From positions 1,120,001-1,184,000 of the forward strand of contig OY769902.1 of NCBI GenBank assembly GCA_963669175.1: a stretch of 64,000 nucleotides of DNA, read 5' to 3'. Origin of the DNA: a bacterium. Its GTDB lineage: Bacteria > Electryoneota > Electryoneia > Electryoneales > Electryoneaceae. Every line of letters starts with the position of its first letter. Positions within the stretch are counted from its first letter, which is position 1. The notes beneath the pieces were generated by a model, which ran no database searches, had not been told where the DNA came from, and saw only the letters and a list, made by a program, of their open reading frames with translations. The position numbers and the translations under genes are program-made. Positions 40,440 to 49,128 of the stretch are shown here, in pieces.

Positions 40440-42239
40440 TTACTTCATCAGGGTGACCTTCATTGTCTGAGTCTGGCCGCCGTTCATGGTCGCTTTCACA
40501 AAGTAGACACCACTGGCCAGGCTTGATCCATTAAACTGGAAGGTATGCCGTCCAGCATCGAACCGGCTGTTGGCGAGCTGGGCAACTTCACGTCCCATGA
40601 CATTGTAGACAGTCACAGTCAAGTCAGCGCGTTGCGGCAGCGTTAATGCGATTGCGGTGCTCGGGTTAAACGGATTGGGCCAGGCGCTTTCCAGTTCAAA
40701 TGCCTGGGGTATGTTTGCTACCGGGTTGTCCGATACATCGCTGACCGGTGTGACTTCGACTTCGTTGGACCAGCCGCCAATCTCGTTGCCGTTGGTATCG
40801 AGAGCCTTAATCCGGATATAGTACGTGGTTTCGAAAGTCAGACCGTTGATTTCATACACACCGGTATCCGTTGAACCATGCAAGTCCGTAGGTTCGGCGG
40901 ATTGTCCCATATACACATTGTAACCGAACACTTCTTCCTCGTGTCCGAACCAGTTGCAGGCGAGCGAGACCGTGTCTTCGTTCACCACATCAACCACGTA
41001 AGGAATAGCCGCCGTGCCGATCATGGTTGATTTCAGGTAACGGTAAGAATATGGTTTGGACCATTGGCTTGTCCCAAAGTCCGGATCGCTTTCGATTTCA
41101 ATCTGCCAGGCAACTTGCCCATCTGAGGTGACTTCAGTGGCGCCGATTTCGGCCGCATGGCCCCACCCGACCAGTGTATTGCCGTTGGCGAGACGACGTG
41201 TGCTGCCGACATGATAGCCATATACCGGAGGATCGGTGACATAGCTCCACACCAGCGTAGCGGTCATGTTCTCCTCGTCCAGCGCGTATTCCTTGGCGTA
41301 GCTGGTCGGGGTTTCGTAGTTGTTGCCGTTGTTGAAAATGGTGAAGTTGCCGTTCGGCAGAATCCGGAAATCATGCGGCATGGAGAAGGCTTCATCTTCC
41401 AGGTCATCAACAAAGGTGAACTGGTTGCTTTCGCAAAGTCCCATTTTCCACACGACATCGCCTGTTTCACGGTCGATTTTGATCACCTTGCTGAAGGATC
41501 GCATGGTCAGGTACAGATCGCCATTATCATCCACCTCGACACCATTGGCGTGGGTGTGTTCGAACCCGTCAGAATAGACATCCGCCGAATCCAGCTCAGA
41601 AAAGGGCAGGTCTTCCAGATGATCCAGGCTGCGCCAATCGTAAATGATATTCTGATCTGCATCGAGTTGGACGATCGCATGTCCGGTCACGACCGCGTCT
41701 TCGCAGGCGCCTTCACCGACGTACTGAGTCATATCCATCACGGAATCATAGCGGCATTCCACCCAGTAGTTCCCGTCATCATCCATGAACAACTCGTGCG
41801 TATCGATACGATAGTTGTAGGGGTTGTTTTCCGGATCGTCCTGCGGAATAATGAGTGTGTCTACGATGGTGTAAGTGAGATCAAACAGGGCGAATGAAAT
41901 GGCTGTTTGTGTGCCGCCAATGCCGACGGCGATTCTGTTGGCGGATTCCAATGGAACCAGGTGCATCCAGCTACTGCTGTTCAGCGGCGACCGTTGAAAC
42001 CAGACAATGTTACCTTCGTTATCAAAGATGGTCATGTAACACTTGCTTAACCCCCCTCTGGGTTGTCGAACGGCAAGCGTTGCATAAATATACCCATCTT
42101 CTGCCAATTCCGGACTTCCGGTAATGGTGAAATCGAAATAGTCATCCGGAATCACAACATCCAGAGCATTTGCATCATAGCTCCAGCCAGCCAGGAGAAG
42201 GGCAACACATGCCCAACCAATCACAAGTTTCTTACTCAT
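40440..42239 (-). CDS. Aryl-sulfate sulfotransferase-like protein with FN3 and C-terminal sorting domain
   Basis: DTHE, HTHANG, FSMPHD, GSTRRLANGNTLVGWG. Signal peptide, PNPFNP CTD. Confidence 0.85.
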   Translation of the reverse strand: MSKKLVIGWACVALLLAGWSYDANALDVVIPDDYFDFTITGSPELAEDGYIYATLAVRQPRGGLSKCYMTIFDNEGNIVWFQRSPLNSSSWMHLVPLESANRIAVGIGGTQTAISFALFDLTYTIVDTLIIPQDDPENNPYNYRIDTHELFMDDDGNYWVECRYDSVMDMTQYVGEGACEDAVVTGHAIVQLDADQNIIYDWRSLDHLEDLPFSELDSADVYSDGFEHTHANGVEVDDNGDLYLTMRSFSKVIKIDRETGDVVWKMGLCESNQFTFVDDLEDEAFSMPHDFRILPNGNFTIFNNGNNYETPTSYAKEYALDEENMTATLVWSYVTDPPVYGYHVGSTRRLANGNTLVGWGHAAEIGATEVTSDGQVAWQIEIESDPDFGTSQWSKPYSYRYLKSTMIGTAAIPYVVDVVNEDTVSLACNWFGHEEEVFGYNVYMGQSAEPTDLHGSTDTGVYEINGLTFETTYYIRIKALDTNGNEIGGWSNEVEVTPVSDVSDNPVANIPQAFELESAWPNPFNPSTAIALTLPQRADLTVTVYNVMGREVAQLANSRFDAGRHTFQFNGSSLASGVYFVKATMNGGQTQTMKVTLMK

Positions 42240-42326
42240 CTTCGTTCCCAAGTAAAATGACAATCAAAAGTAAACCAGTCTCTATCAATGCATGCGTAGA
42301 GCAGAACTTGAACATGTTTCTCTGAA

Positions 42327-43757
42327 TTACTTTATCAAAGTGACCTTTCTTGTTAATGAATGCCTGCTATTCATCGTTGCTTGAATAAAGTATACTCCAC
42401 TGGCCAAATTGGCAGCATTGAACCGGAAAGTGTGCTGCCCGGATATGTACTCGCCGTGGGCAAGTTTCGCCACTTCGCGTCCCATGATATCGTAGATAAT
42501 TACCTGCAAATCTGCCTTTTGTGGCAGAGTGAGTGTAACTGAGGCGCCAGGGTTGAAGGGATTGGGATAGACACTGTTGATACAGAATGATTGGGGTTGA
42601 TCAGAACGAGTTTCCTCAACCGTATCATGCGTGGGATAAGTTGAAACCAATACTGGCGAAGCGGGAACGGCAACATCATAAATCAGGCATTCGTTAACTG
42701 TTGCGACAAGCAAGTATCCGTTGTATTGCGACAAGGCAACATCACGAGCCTGAGTTTCCATATCCTGGTGCCAGATCGGCCAGGGGATAGTATGATCCAG
42801 AAAATCGACAATGTAGAGTGCGTAGGTATTATCTTCCTGTTCCGGTTCCCAGGTAATCGGAATGATGGCATATTCATTGTCCCACTGGGCGACTGCATGG
42901 AAAGTCACCGTTGAACCATAGCCGCCTTCCTGCTGGAAAGTTCCGGCCATTGTAGGGGCCGATGGTGTAGAAAGATCCAAGATACCAAATTCACCGACCT
43001 CGCTTTGTGAGCGCAAGGTCAGCAAGTATGTCGCTTCAGGATCAGGAGGAAGCGACAGGTCATTTACCCAGCCGTTGTAGTGACCAATAGTCAAAGGGGA
43101 TGCGGAGTTCCACATATCCAGGATTGTAAGGCCATCCATCCGGCAACTCACATACAGGGAATACTCCCTGGCTTCCATACCTTTTATGATACCATCATGG
43201 GTGTAGGTGGCGATCTCGCTGAATGTATCCGGCCCCTGGAAATCAACGACCTGGATATTTGCACCTTCTGACAGGTACAAGCGTGAGGTTTCAGACGCTG
43301 GAGTCTCCTGGGCAAGCAGATCAACCGGGTAATCGCGATTTATATACGCGAGAATCAAATCTGATGGTTCTGAAATATCAATAACACATAACCCGGAATC
43401 ATCTTCTACCGTGATCAGGAAATCAGTACCATGCACTATCATCATGTCAGTGGGGCTTTTGGGAAGCCACAAGGTGTCCTGAAGAAGTGGAGTAGTCGGG
43501 TCAGTAACATCCAGCGCTACCAGCAGCCCCTTACCGGTCGTTAAAAATACACTTGATTCATGGACCAGCACATGCTCAAATTCGCCGTATTCCAGGCTGT
43601 CAAGTTCATCTCCAAAAAGATTGGCAGGTAAAAAAACAACGAAGAGTGGAAGAAGCAAGACAAAAGGAATGACGCCCTTGCATCGGCAGCAGTGCATGGT
43701 ATCCCCCCAACGGTCAACGTCCAGAATGTAGATCACGGTTCCCATGTCAAAAATCAT
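42327..43757 (-). CDS. LVIVD-repeat secreted protein with C-terminal sorting domain
   Basis: Repeated GL.(V/I)lD(V/I)s.P motifs, YPNPFNP CTD. Start uncertain. Confidence 0.78.
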   Translation of the reverse strand: MIFDMGTVIYILDVDRWGDTMHCCRCKGVIPFVLLLPLFVVFLPANLFGDELDSLEYGEFEHVLVHESSVFLTTGKGLLVALDVTDPTTPLLQDTLWLPKSPTDMMIVHGTDFLITVEDDSGLCVIDISEPSDLILAYINRDYPVDLLAQETPASETSRLYLSEGANIQVVDFQGPDTFSEIATYTHDGIIKGMEAREYSLYVSCRMDGLTILDMWNSASPLTIGHYNGWVNDLSLPPDPEATYLLTLRSQSEVGEFGILDLSTPSAPTMAGTFQQEGGYGSTVTFHAVAQWDNEYAIIPITWEPEQEDNTYALYIVDFLDHTIPWPIWHQDMETQARDVALSQYNGYLLVATVNECLIYDVAVPASPVLVSTYPTHDTVEETRSDQPQSFCINSVYPNPFNPGASVTLTLPQKADLQVIIYDIMGREVAKLAHGEYISGQHTFRFNAANLASGVYFIQATMNSRHSLTRKVTLIK

Positions 43758-43913
43758 CCTATCGCCAACTCAAGAAATGGCAATAAAACGGATTCGGACA
43801 AAAGAAAATACTTGTCCTGAGTGAAGAATGCTACTTGAAGTATGGAAAAAAGATGAAATTATCTGGATTCAGTTAGATTGGGCTCCATTTCCAAGGTTTT
43901 ATACGAAAAATGC

Positions 43914-44516
43914 CTACACAAACCTTTGTGACGGTCGTTTTCTCAGACTGAAGCTTGTCATCCAACCCGATACCAACGCCAGAATAACCACAGGCCAGGG
44001 AGTATTCAGCCAGTTCCAGAATTGATCTCCGATGGTGAAGATGCCAAACTTGTGAAACATGAGCAGGATCAGGGTGCCTGAATACGCAAAAGTAGGCCAG
44101 CGTGAATGAAGATATCCGACTTTGGGAATATACCACACGAAAAATGCAATGCCCCAAAGCCAATCGTATTGCGGCAGTCCCAGGGTCTGAAACAGGAACC
44201 AGCATCCGATCCAGTTTACAATAACCAGGGAATGCGCCAACAATGCGGACAACAGGAAAGAAAGGTTGATTCTGGATGATGATAACGGTAGCGCTGAAAG
44301 GATTCGTTTCGGATTCTTCGCAGTAGCCATTGTATTATTCCCGGCGCTGATCAAGTGCAGGATCAAAATAACACTGAATATCTTTTCCGGTTCTGTTTTT
44401 GATTCCACTTCACCGATCAAAGAAGCCGCCAGCAGGATAATTAATACCCCCAGGGACAGGGTCATCAACGGTACTGCCCAGGAACGTCTCAGTTCTGCAA
44501 GAATGATCCGATCCAT
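43914..44516 (-). CDS. Membrane protein, probable ABC-2 permease
   Basis: Multiple TM helices, LSALPLS motif, GGAGG RBS, last gene of the GntR-ABC operon. Confidence 0.65.
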   Translation of the reverse strand: MDRIILAELRRSWAVPLMTLSLGVLIILLAASLIGEVESKTEPEKIFSVILILHLISAGNNTMATAKNPKRILSALPLSSSRINLSFLLSALLAHSLVIVNWIGCWFLFQTLGLPQYDWLWGIAFFVWYIPKVGYLHSRWPTFAYSGTLILLMFHKFGIFTIGDQFWNWLNTPWPVVILALVSGWMTSFSLRKRPSQRFV

Positions 44517-44610
44517 GCTCGCCTCCATCGCAAGGTGAAAAATAGTGGGACACGGCCTGAGCCCGGTCCCGCACGTGAATTGTACGGGGGCCGTGCCCAC
44601 CAACTCTTGT

Positions 44611-45231
44611 TTAGCCGCTGATCACGGAGTGCCGTGATGCAGAAAATCTCGCACCAGCATAGGTGACAATCAGAATGGCAAGGCTGAGAATCGCTATGAA
44701 TATCGTACTTGAAATAATATCCACAATTCGGCTCACGTACAGATCCAGTCTGTCCATCACCAGCAAAATCAGGGCGATACCGACAACAACCCCATAAATC
44801 TTGCTGATCCATTTGTGGAATAGTGCGGCGCTAATCATCAGAACACCAAACAGATATCCGGAGATTGCAAGCGTGATTCTTATTTCCGGATCATGTTGCA
44901 TCGCAATGGCATACGTGATCACAAGGGTGATCAGTGCGGGCCATGTTGCGATAATCCCGCTAAGGAAGTAGGTGAACCGCAACCGGGTGCGTGAAATTGG
45001 AAGCGTGTGGACCAGCCTGACACCCTTGTGGTGCTTGAAGTGTTGCAGCCAGAATGCGGCCGGAACCAGGCCAAGCGTTAATGTCATTCCCAGGAACGTG
45101 CCCGGAGAACCGGGATTGTCCTCCAGCCAGTACACCGAAAGCACAACCGCAGCAACCTGCGCACATAGCATCGCGCTTATCAGATGTGTTTTCACCTGGG
45201 CACGGAATTCACTCCACAACAGGCTGCCCAT
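44611..45231 (-). CDS. Membrane protein, probable ABC-2 permease
   Basis: TM helices, HTLPISR motif, overlaps the ATPase stop. Confidence 0.7.
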   Translation of the reverse strand: MGSLLWSEFRAQVKTHLISAMLCAQVAAVVLSVYWLEDNPGSPGTFLGMTLTLGLVPAAFWLQHFKHHKGVRLVHTLPISRTRLRFTYFLSGIIATWPALITLVITYAIAMQHDPEIRITLAISGYLFGVLMISAALFHKWISKIYGVVVGIALILLVMDRLDLYVSRIVDIISSTIFIAILSLAILIVTYAGARFSASRHSVISG

Positions 45232-46099
45232 GGCTCTTTCCTTTCAGAATGTTCACCGCGATCTCTTCCAGCGTCAATGGTGTGGCGGTAATCTGGTTGA
45301 AACCTGCCTCGTGCAACGATTGAAGTGTCTGGTCGCCATTGTGGGAGACAAGAACCCATTCGTGTGCATTCTTCTTTGCCGTGTACACACATTCCAAACC
45401 ATCCGGAAGTTTCTCTGTTCTGATGGCAAACTTCCGCCAGGTATCCAGCAAGTCATCCTTTGGTGTTTTGGCAATGATCTGTCCATTCACCAGGAAAACC
45501 AGTTCATCCGCGAGCTTGTGAAGGTCATCAAGGATGTGGGTAGAATAGAGGATAGTCATATCTTCTTTTTCCATCATCTCCCACAGAACCTCAAAAACTT
45601 CGGTGCGAACCATCGGGTCCAGCCCGGCAGTAGGTTCGTCAAAAAGCGCCAGTTTCGGTCGGTGAGCCAGCGCACCAATGAGAGCGAGCTTCAGTCGATT
45701 GCCCTTGGAAAGGTGTTTTACCTTCTTTTTCAGATCAAGGGTAAATCGTTGCGCTAATTCAGTAGTAAAACTGTCTGACCAGGACGGATAAAAACCCTTC
45801 ATAAATTTCAGGTAAGCGTTCCCGGTCATGAATTCATAGAAAACCGGATCATCCGAGACATACCCGATAGGCTCTTTCCACTTGCCATCATGGGGAGATG
45901 CAGGGATATCGGCTACATCAAATCCACCTGCATCCGGTGCAAGGTTACCTGCGATGCAGCGCAATGTAGTAGTCTTGCCGGAGCCGTTTGGCCCAACGAG
46001 ACCGTATACACGCCCGGGTTCTAGCGTCAATGATAGAGGTCCAAGGGTAAACTGTTTGAACCGGATCTTCAGTTTGTTCAAGGTCAACGCTGCATTCAT
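45209..46099 (-). CDS. ABC transporter ATP-binding protein (YtrB-like)
   Basis: GPNGSGKTT, LSKGN, LFDEPTAGLDP, STH. Confidence 0.93.
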   Translation of the reverse strand: MNAALTLNKLKIRFKQFTLGPLSLTLEPGRVYGLVGPNGSGKTTTLRCIAGNLAPDAGGFDVADIPASPHDGKWKEPIGYVSDDPVFYEFMTGNAYLKFMKGFYPSWSDSFTTELAQRFTLDLKKKVKHLSKGNRLKLALIGALAHRPKLALFDEPTAGLDPMVRTEVFEVLWEMMEKEDMTILYSTHILDDLHKLADELVFLVNGQIIAKTPKDDLLDTWRKFAIRTEKLPDGLECVYTAKKNAHEWVLVSHNGDQTLQSLHEAGFNQITATPLTLEEIAVNILKGKSHGQPVVE

Positions 46100-46302
46100 G
46101 AGGCACCCCCCTGTGAAAACAAGGCTTCCAACTGCTTTTCCATCTGGTTCTCACTCATCCCCATCGCCCTGGCTTCGTTTACCAGCCGACGAGCCGCCAT
46201 TTGAAAAATCCTGTCCGGTGGAAGCCCCAGGTCCAACGGCCCCAGTACAACTCGCAGATATCGGACATCCGTGTCCTTTTTACTCGTATCGCTAGTTGTC
46301 AT
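46096..46302 (-). CDS. 68-aa protein resembling the YtrA C-terminal helices without the HTH
   Basis: Overlaps both neighbours (translational coupling). LVNEARAMGMSENQM versus LMEALAMGLTPRQV in the adjacent GntR. Confidence 0.6.
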   Translation of the reverse strand: MTTSDTSKKDTDVRYLRVVLGPLDLGLPPDRIFQMAARRLVNEARAMGMSENQMEKQLEALFSQGGAS

Positions 46303-46681
46303 CTTGCTTCCTCCCGGCTAAAAGATCCTGGACGATTGCTTGGACTTGTCTCGGAGTGAGGCCCATGGCCAGCGCTTCCATCAAAGGGCGCTGCAGGGAA
46401 TCACGGACACGATCTTCGGCCAACTGGGAACGGTTTGCCTCGGAAATCGGCGCCACGAAATACCCTTTTCCCTGGCGGGCATAAATGAATCCCTCGCGTT
46501 CCAGATCTTCAAACGCACGCTGAACCGTAACCACACCCACACGCACCTCTTTTGCCAGTCCACGGATAGAGGGGAGCTGTTCATGCTCGGCAAGCTGGCC
46601 GCTGAGGATAGCCTCACGCACCTGCCGCACGAGCTGATCTCGTAATGGAATCGATGACATCTCTGAAAGATTGAACAACAT
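46292..46681 (-). CDS. GntR-family (YtrA subfamily) regulator
   Basis: QLPSIRGLA...TVQRAFEDLEREG...RQGKGYFV, short C-terminus, GGAGAGG RBS. Confidence 0.92.
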   Translation of the reverse strand: MLFNLSEMSSIPLRDQLVRQVREAILSGQLAEHEQLPSIRGLAKEVRVGVVTVQRAFEDLEREGFIYARQGKGYFVAPISEANRSQLAEDRVRDSLQRPLMEALAMGLTPRQVQAIVQDLLAGRKQDDN

Positions 46682-46691
46682 TTCCTCTCCA

Positions 46692-46735
46692 ACTGTACTC
46701 ACTTAAAGAGTACAGTGAATACAGTTGAAAGTCAA
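46692..46735 (-). promoter_or_regulatory. Sigma70-type promoter overlapped by a palindromic operator (probable YtrA autoregulation)
   Basis: Minus strand TTGACT-17 bp-TACTCT. Inverted repeat ACTGTACTC-N7-GAGTACAGT at 46692-46716. Confidence 0.7.
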
Positions 46736-46842
46736 GGGGTAGGGGAGTAATACCGAGAACGATGGTTCAAGAGGAGGTTGGTTTAGAAAAGGATAAGCAC
46801 TAGTACATCATTGAAAAGGAGGGCTATCATCTTAAAATTATT

Positions 46843-47174
46843 GGCTGCTCACAAGAATTTGTGCATATTATCGACGAGCACGTTTCGTCAGGTCTTGACG
46901 TGATGCCTTTTTCTTGTTCTTCTCCGCAATTTCAGACACCTGTCCGTCTTCACAGCTGCTATTTCGCATGATAGATCGTCATAAGGCATCACATTGTGAC
47001 CTGACGATAGGGAGAGTGCTGATACCGGTGGCAGGTCACAACGCGACAATAACAGGACGAGAGGTGGTTTCAGTATCATATGCATTCAGCAATACATTGC
47101 GAAAGCCGAAAACGGAATGTCGCGTCAAGACCTGCCACAACTTTGCCCGGATGCACAAATTCTTGTGAGGAACC
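46843..47174 (+). mobile_element. MITE family A, complete copy
   Basis: Both terminal IRs present, 8-bp direct repeat AAATTATT on both sides. Confidence 0.9.
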
Positions 47175-47252
47175 AAATTATTTAAAATAAACCCCGCCGG
47201 ACAAGCCGGACGGGGCCAATAGTGTTGCGTAATGAAATCCAGCGTTACAAAA

Positions 47253-48146
47253 CTACCAGAGGAAACTCAGGCTCAGCCGCTGTGTGTTTCCCAGGTCGTA
47301 ATCGAAGGGGGAATAGCCATAATCGAATTTCCAGGCGCGCCAGTGCAGGCCGAACCCGAAGGACAGGTCTCGAGCTTCGTAGCCGGTGGCATACCCGCCA
47401 CGCAGGGCGACCATGTTTCCGATTTCCAGTTCAAGAGCGCCACGGACGGACAGATCCTGATCCAGCACCTGTACCGCATCCACCATGATCGTCGGCGCTA
47501 CCATGCCAAACGTGCCGACATGCCAGGCTGCCCCGGCAGAATAGGTAGTCGGCAGGTCATAAGCTTCACTGATCATGGCGTCCATGGATCCCATGTGACG
47601 CGCTGTGGCGGCCAGATCCAGGCGTCCCTCGAACAAACCGGCTTTCAGCAGGCCGGCATCGAACGCCCAACCGTGGGTATCGTAAATGTAGATAGCGTCA
47701 CTGAGGTAACGTGCGGTGACACCCATGCGGATGCCGTAGAACATTTCGCGTGAGGCGCTCAGGCCGATCGCGTAGCTGCGTGCATCAAAAGTGCCGATGG
47801 GAGAAGCGGAGGGGTTGTCACGCAGTTCCATGTTACTGGTGCCGACATGCAGGATCGAGCCGCCCAGACCCCACTTACCCGCTTGCATCTCGCCGGAAAC
47901 ATACTGCGATGAAGTGCCCTTGATCCAGTCGACATACATGACTTCCAGACCGGAGCCATCTTTACCGACCGCAGCCGGATTCCAATAGGTAGCGGTTGGG
48001 CCTTGTACAGTCGCGGTGACAGCTTCACCGAGCGCAGCCGCACGTCCCCCCGGGCCGATCTCCAGCCAGGAAGCGCCCACTTCACCCAATGCCATACCTG
48101 AAACCAGCAAACACCCGATAAGGGCTAGTAAGAAATACCGTGTCAT
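47253..48146 (-). CDS. PorV/PorQ-like (UPF0164) outer-membrane beta-barrel
   Basis: WLEIGPGGRAAALGEA...ATYWNPA N-terminus, terminal aromatic beta-signal. Start approximate. Confidence 0.82.
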   Translation of the reverse strand: MTRYFLLALIGCLLVSGMALGEVGASWLEIGPGGRAAALGEAVTATVQGPTATYWNPAAVGKDGSGLEVMYVDWIKGTSSQYVSGEMQAGKWGLGGSILHVGTSNMELRDNPSASPIGTFDARSYAIGLSASREMFYGIRMGVTARYLSDAIYIYDTHGWAFDAGLLKAGLFEGRLDLAATARHMGSMDAMISEAYDLPTTYSAGAAWHVGTFGMVAPTIMVDAVQVLDQDLSVRGALELEIGNMVALRGGYATGYEARDLSFGFGLHWRAWKFDYGYSPFDYDLGNTQRLSLSFLW

Positions 48147-48498
48147 CCTCATCCTCGAGAGAGTTTGGAGCCGAAAAGCAACCATGGGAGTTTTCCTCTG
48201 CGAAACGTGTTGCTACACCATACTACGCGCAAATGGCCAACTTTCTCCCATGTCCTGTTTTTCGACTCCTCTACACAACTAAAGTACGTTATCTGAGGCG
48301 ATGGTGCAATCGGAGTTAAGCAGCGTTCGCAACCATGAGTCGAGGCAGAACAGGATAGGTAGCCTGGTTGTCTTATAAACCTGTGTACCCCACTAATGAG
48401 CAGTCGGGCCAAAAGCACTATTGCTCGTCAGTGATATCATCCTGGATTACAGAAGCAACAAATCAGGCTGGAAAGAGATGCTCACGAGCGAAAAATTG

Positions 48499-48770
48499 GG
48501 TTCCTCACAAGAATAGGCGCACTGAGGTAGCGTTGTGGCAGGTCTTGGCGCGATATGATTATGCTCTACTGTTGGCATGTGCTGGTCGATGAGATTGCTC
48601 TACACAATACAGATATCGCGTTGTGACCTGCCACGTGTTTCAGAGCCGACGTCAGGTCACAATGTGATGCACGTGACTTCTTCCAAACGGAAAAACGACG
48701 ATCATCGAAAGCCCTTCGGACTGCTTCAGAACAGGAAACCTGCATCACATCAAGACCTGACGCAACTTGA
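48499..48770 (-). mobile_element. MITE family A, diverged inverted copy missing one terminus
   Basis: Starts GGTTCCTCACAAGAAT and contains all four internal CAGGTC/GACCTG motifs. Right IR absent. Confidence 0.8.
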
Positions 48771-48785
48771 CGAAAATATAGAGAA

Positions 48786-49118
48786 TTGCAGGCCATGTTG
48801 TGGCAAATGCAAAACAGGGGGAAGAAGAACTCCGAGACTAGTGTATATGTTCCAACAGAATACAAACTTTGTGATCCCTATCCAAATCCATTCAACAGCA
48901 GTGTAAACATAACGGTAGAGCTTCCTACAAACAGCCATATAGAGATAAAACTGTTCAATGTTCTGGGTCGTTTGGTTCAGAATGTACATGTCGGGAAACT
49001 AAAAACAGGTGTTCATAATTTTCATGTGCATGGTGAAAATCTAGCTTCCGGTGTGTATTTTATTACCATGGAGGCGAAGAATTTTACAGCGACAAAGAAG
49101 CTCGTTCTGTTGAAGTGA
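48786..49118 (+). pseudogene. Orphan C-terminal sorting-domain fragment
   Basis: Only PYPNPFN...LASGVYF...KKLVLLK, no signal peptide or cargo domain, abuts a truncated MITE. Confidence 0.7.
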
Positions 49119-49128
49119 GGTAATTGGG

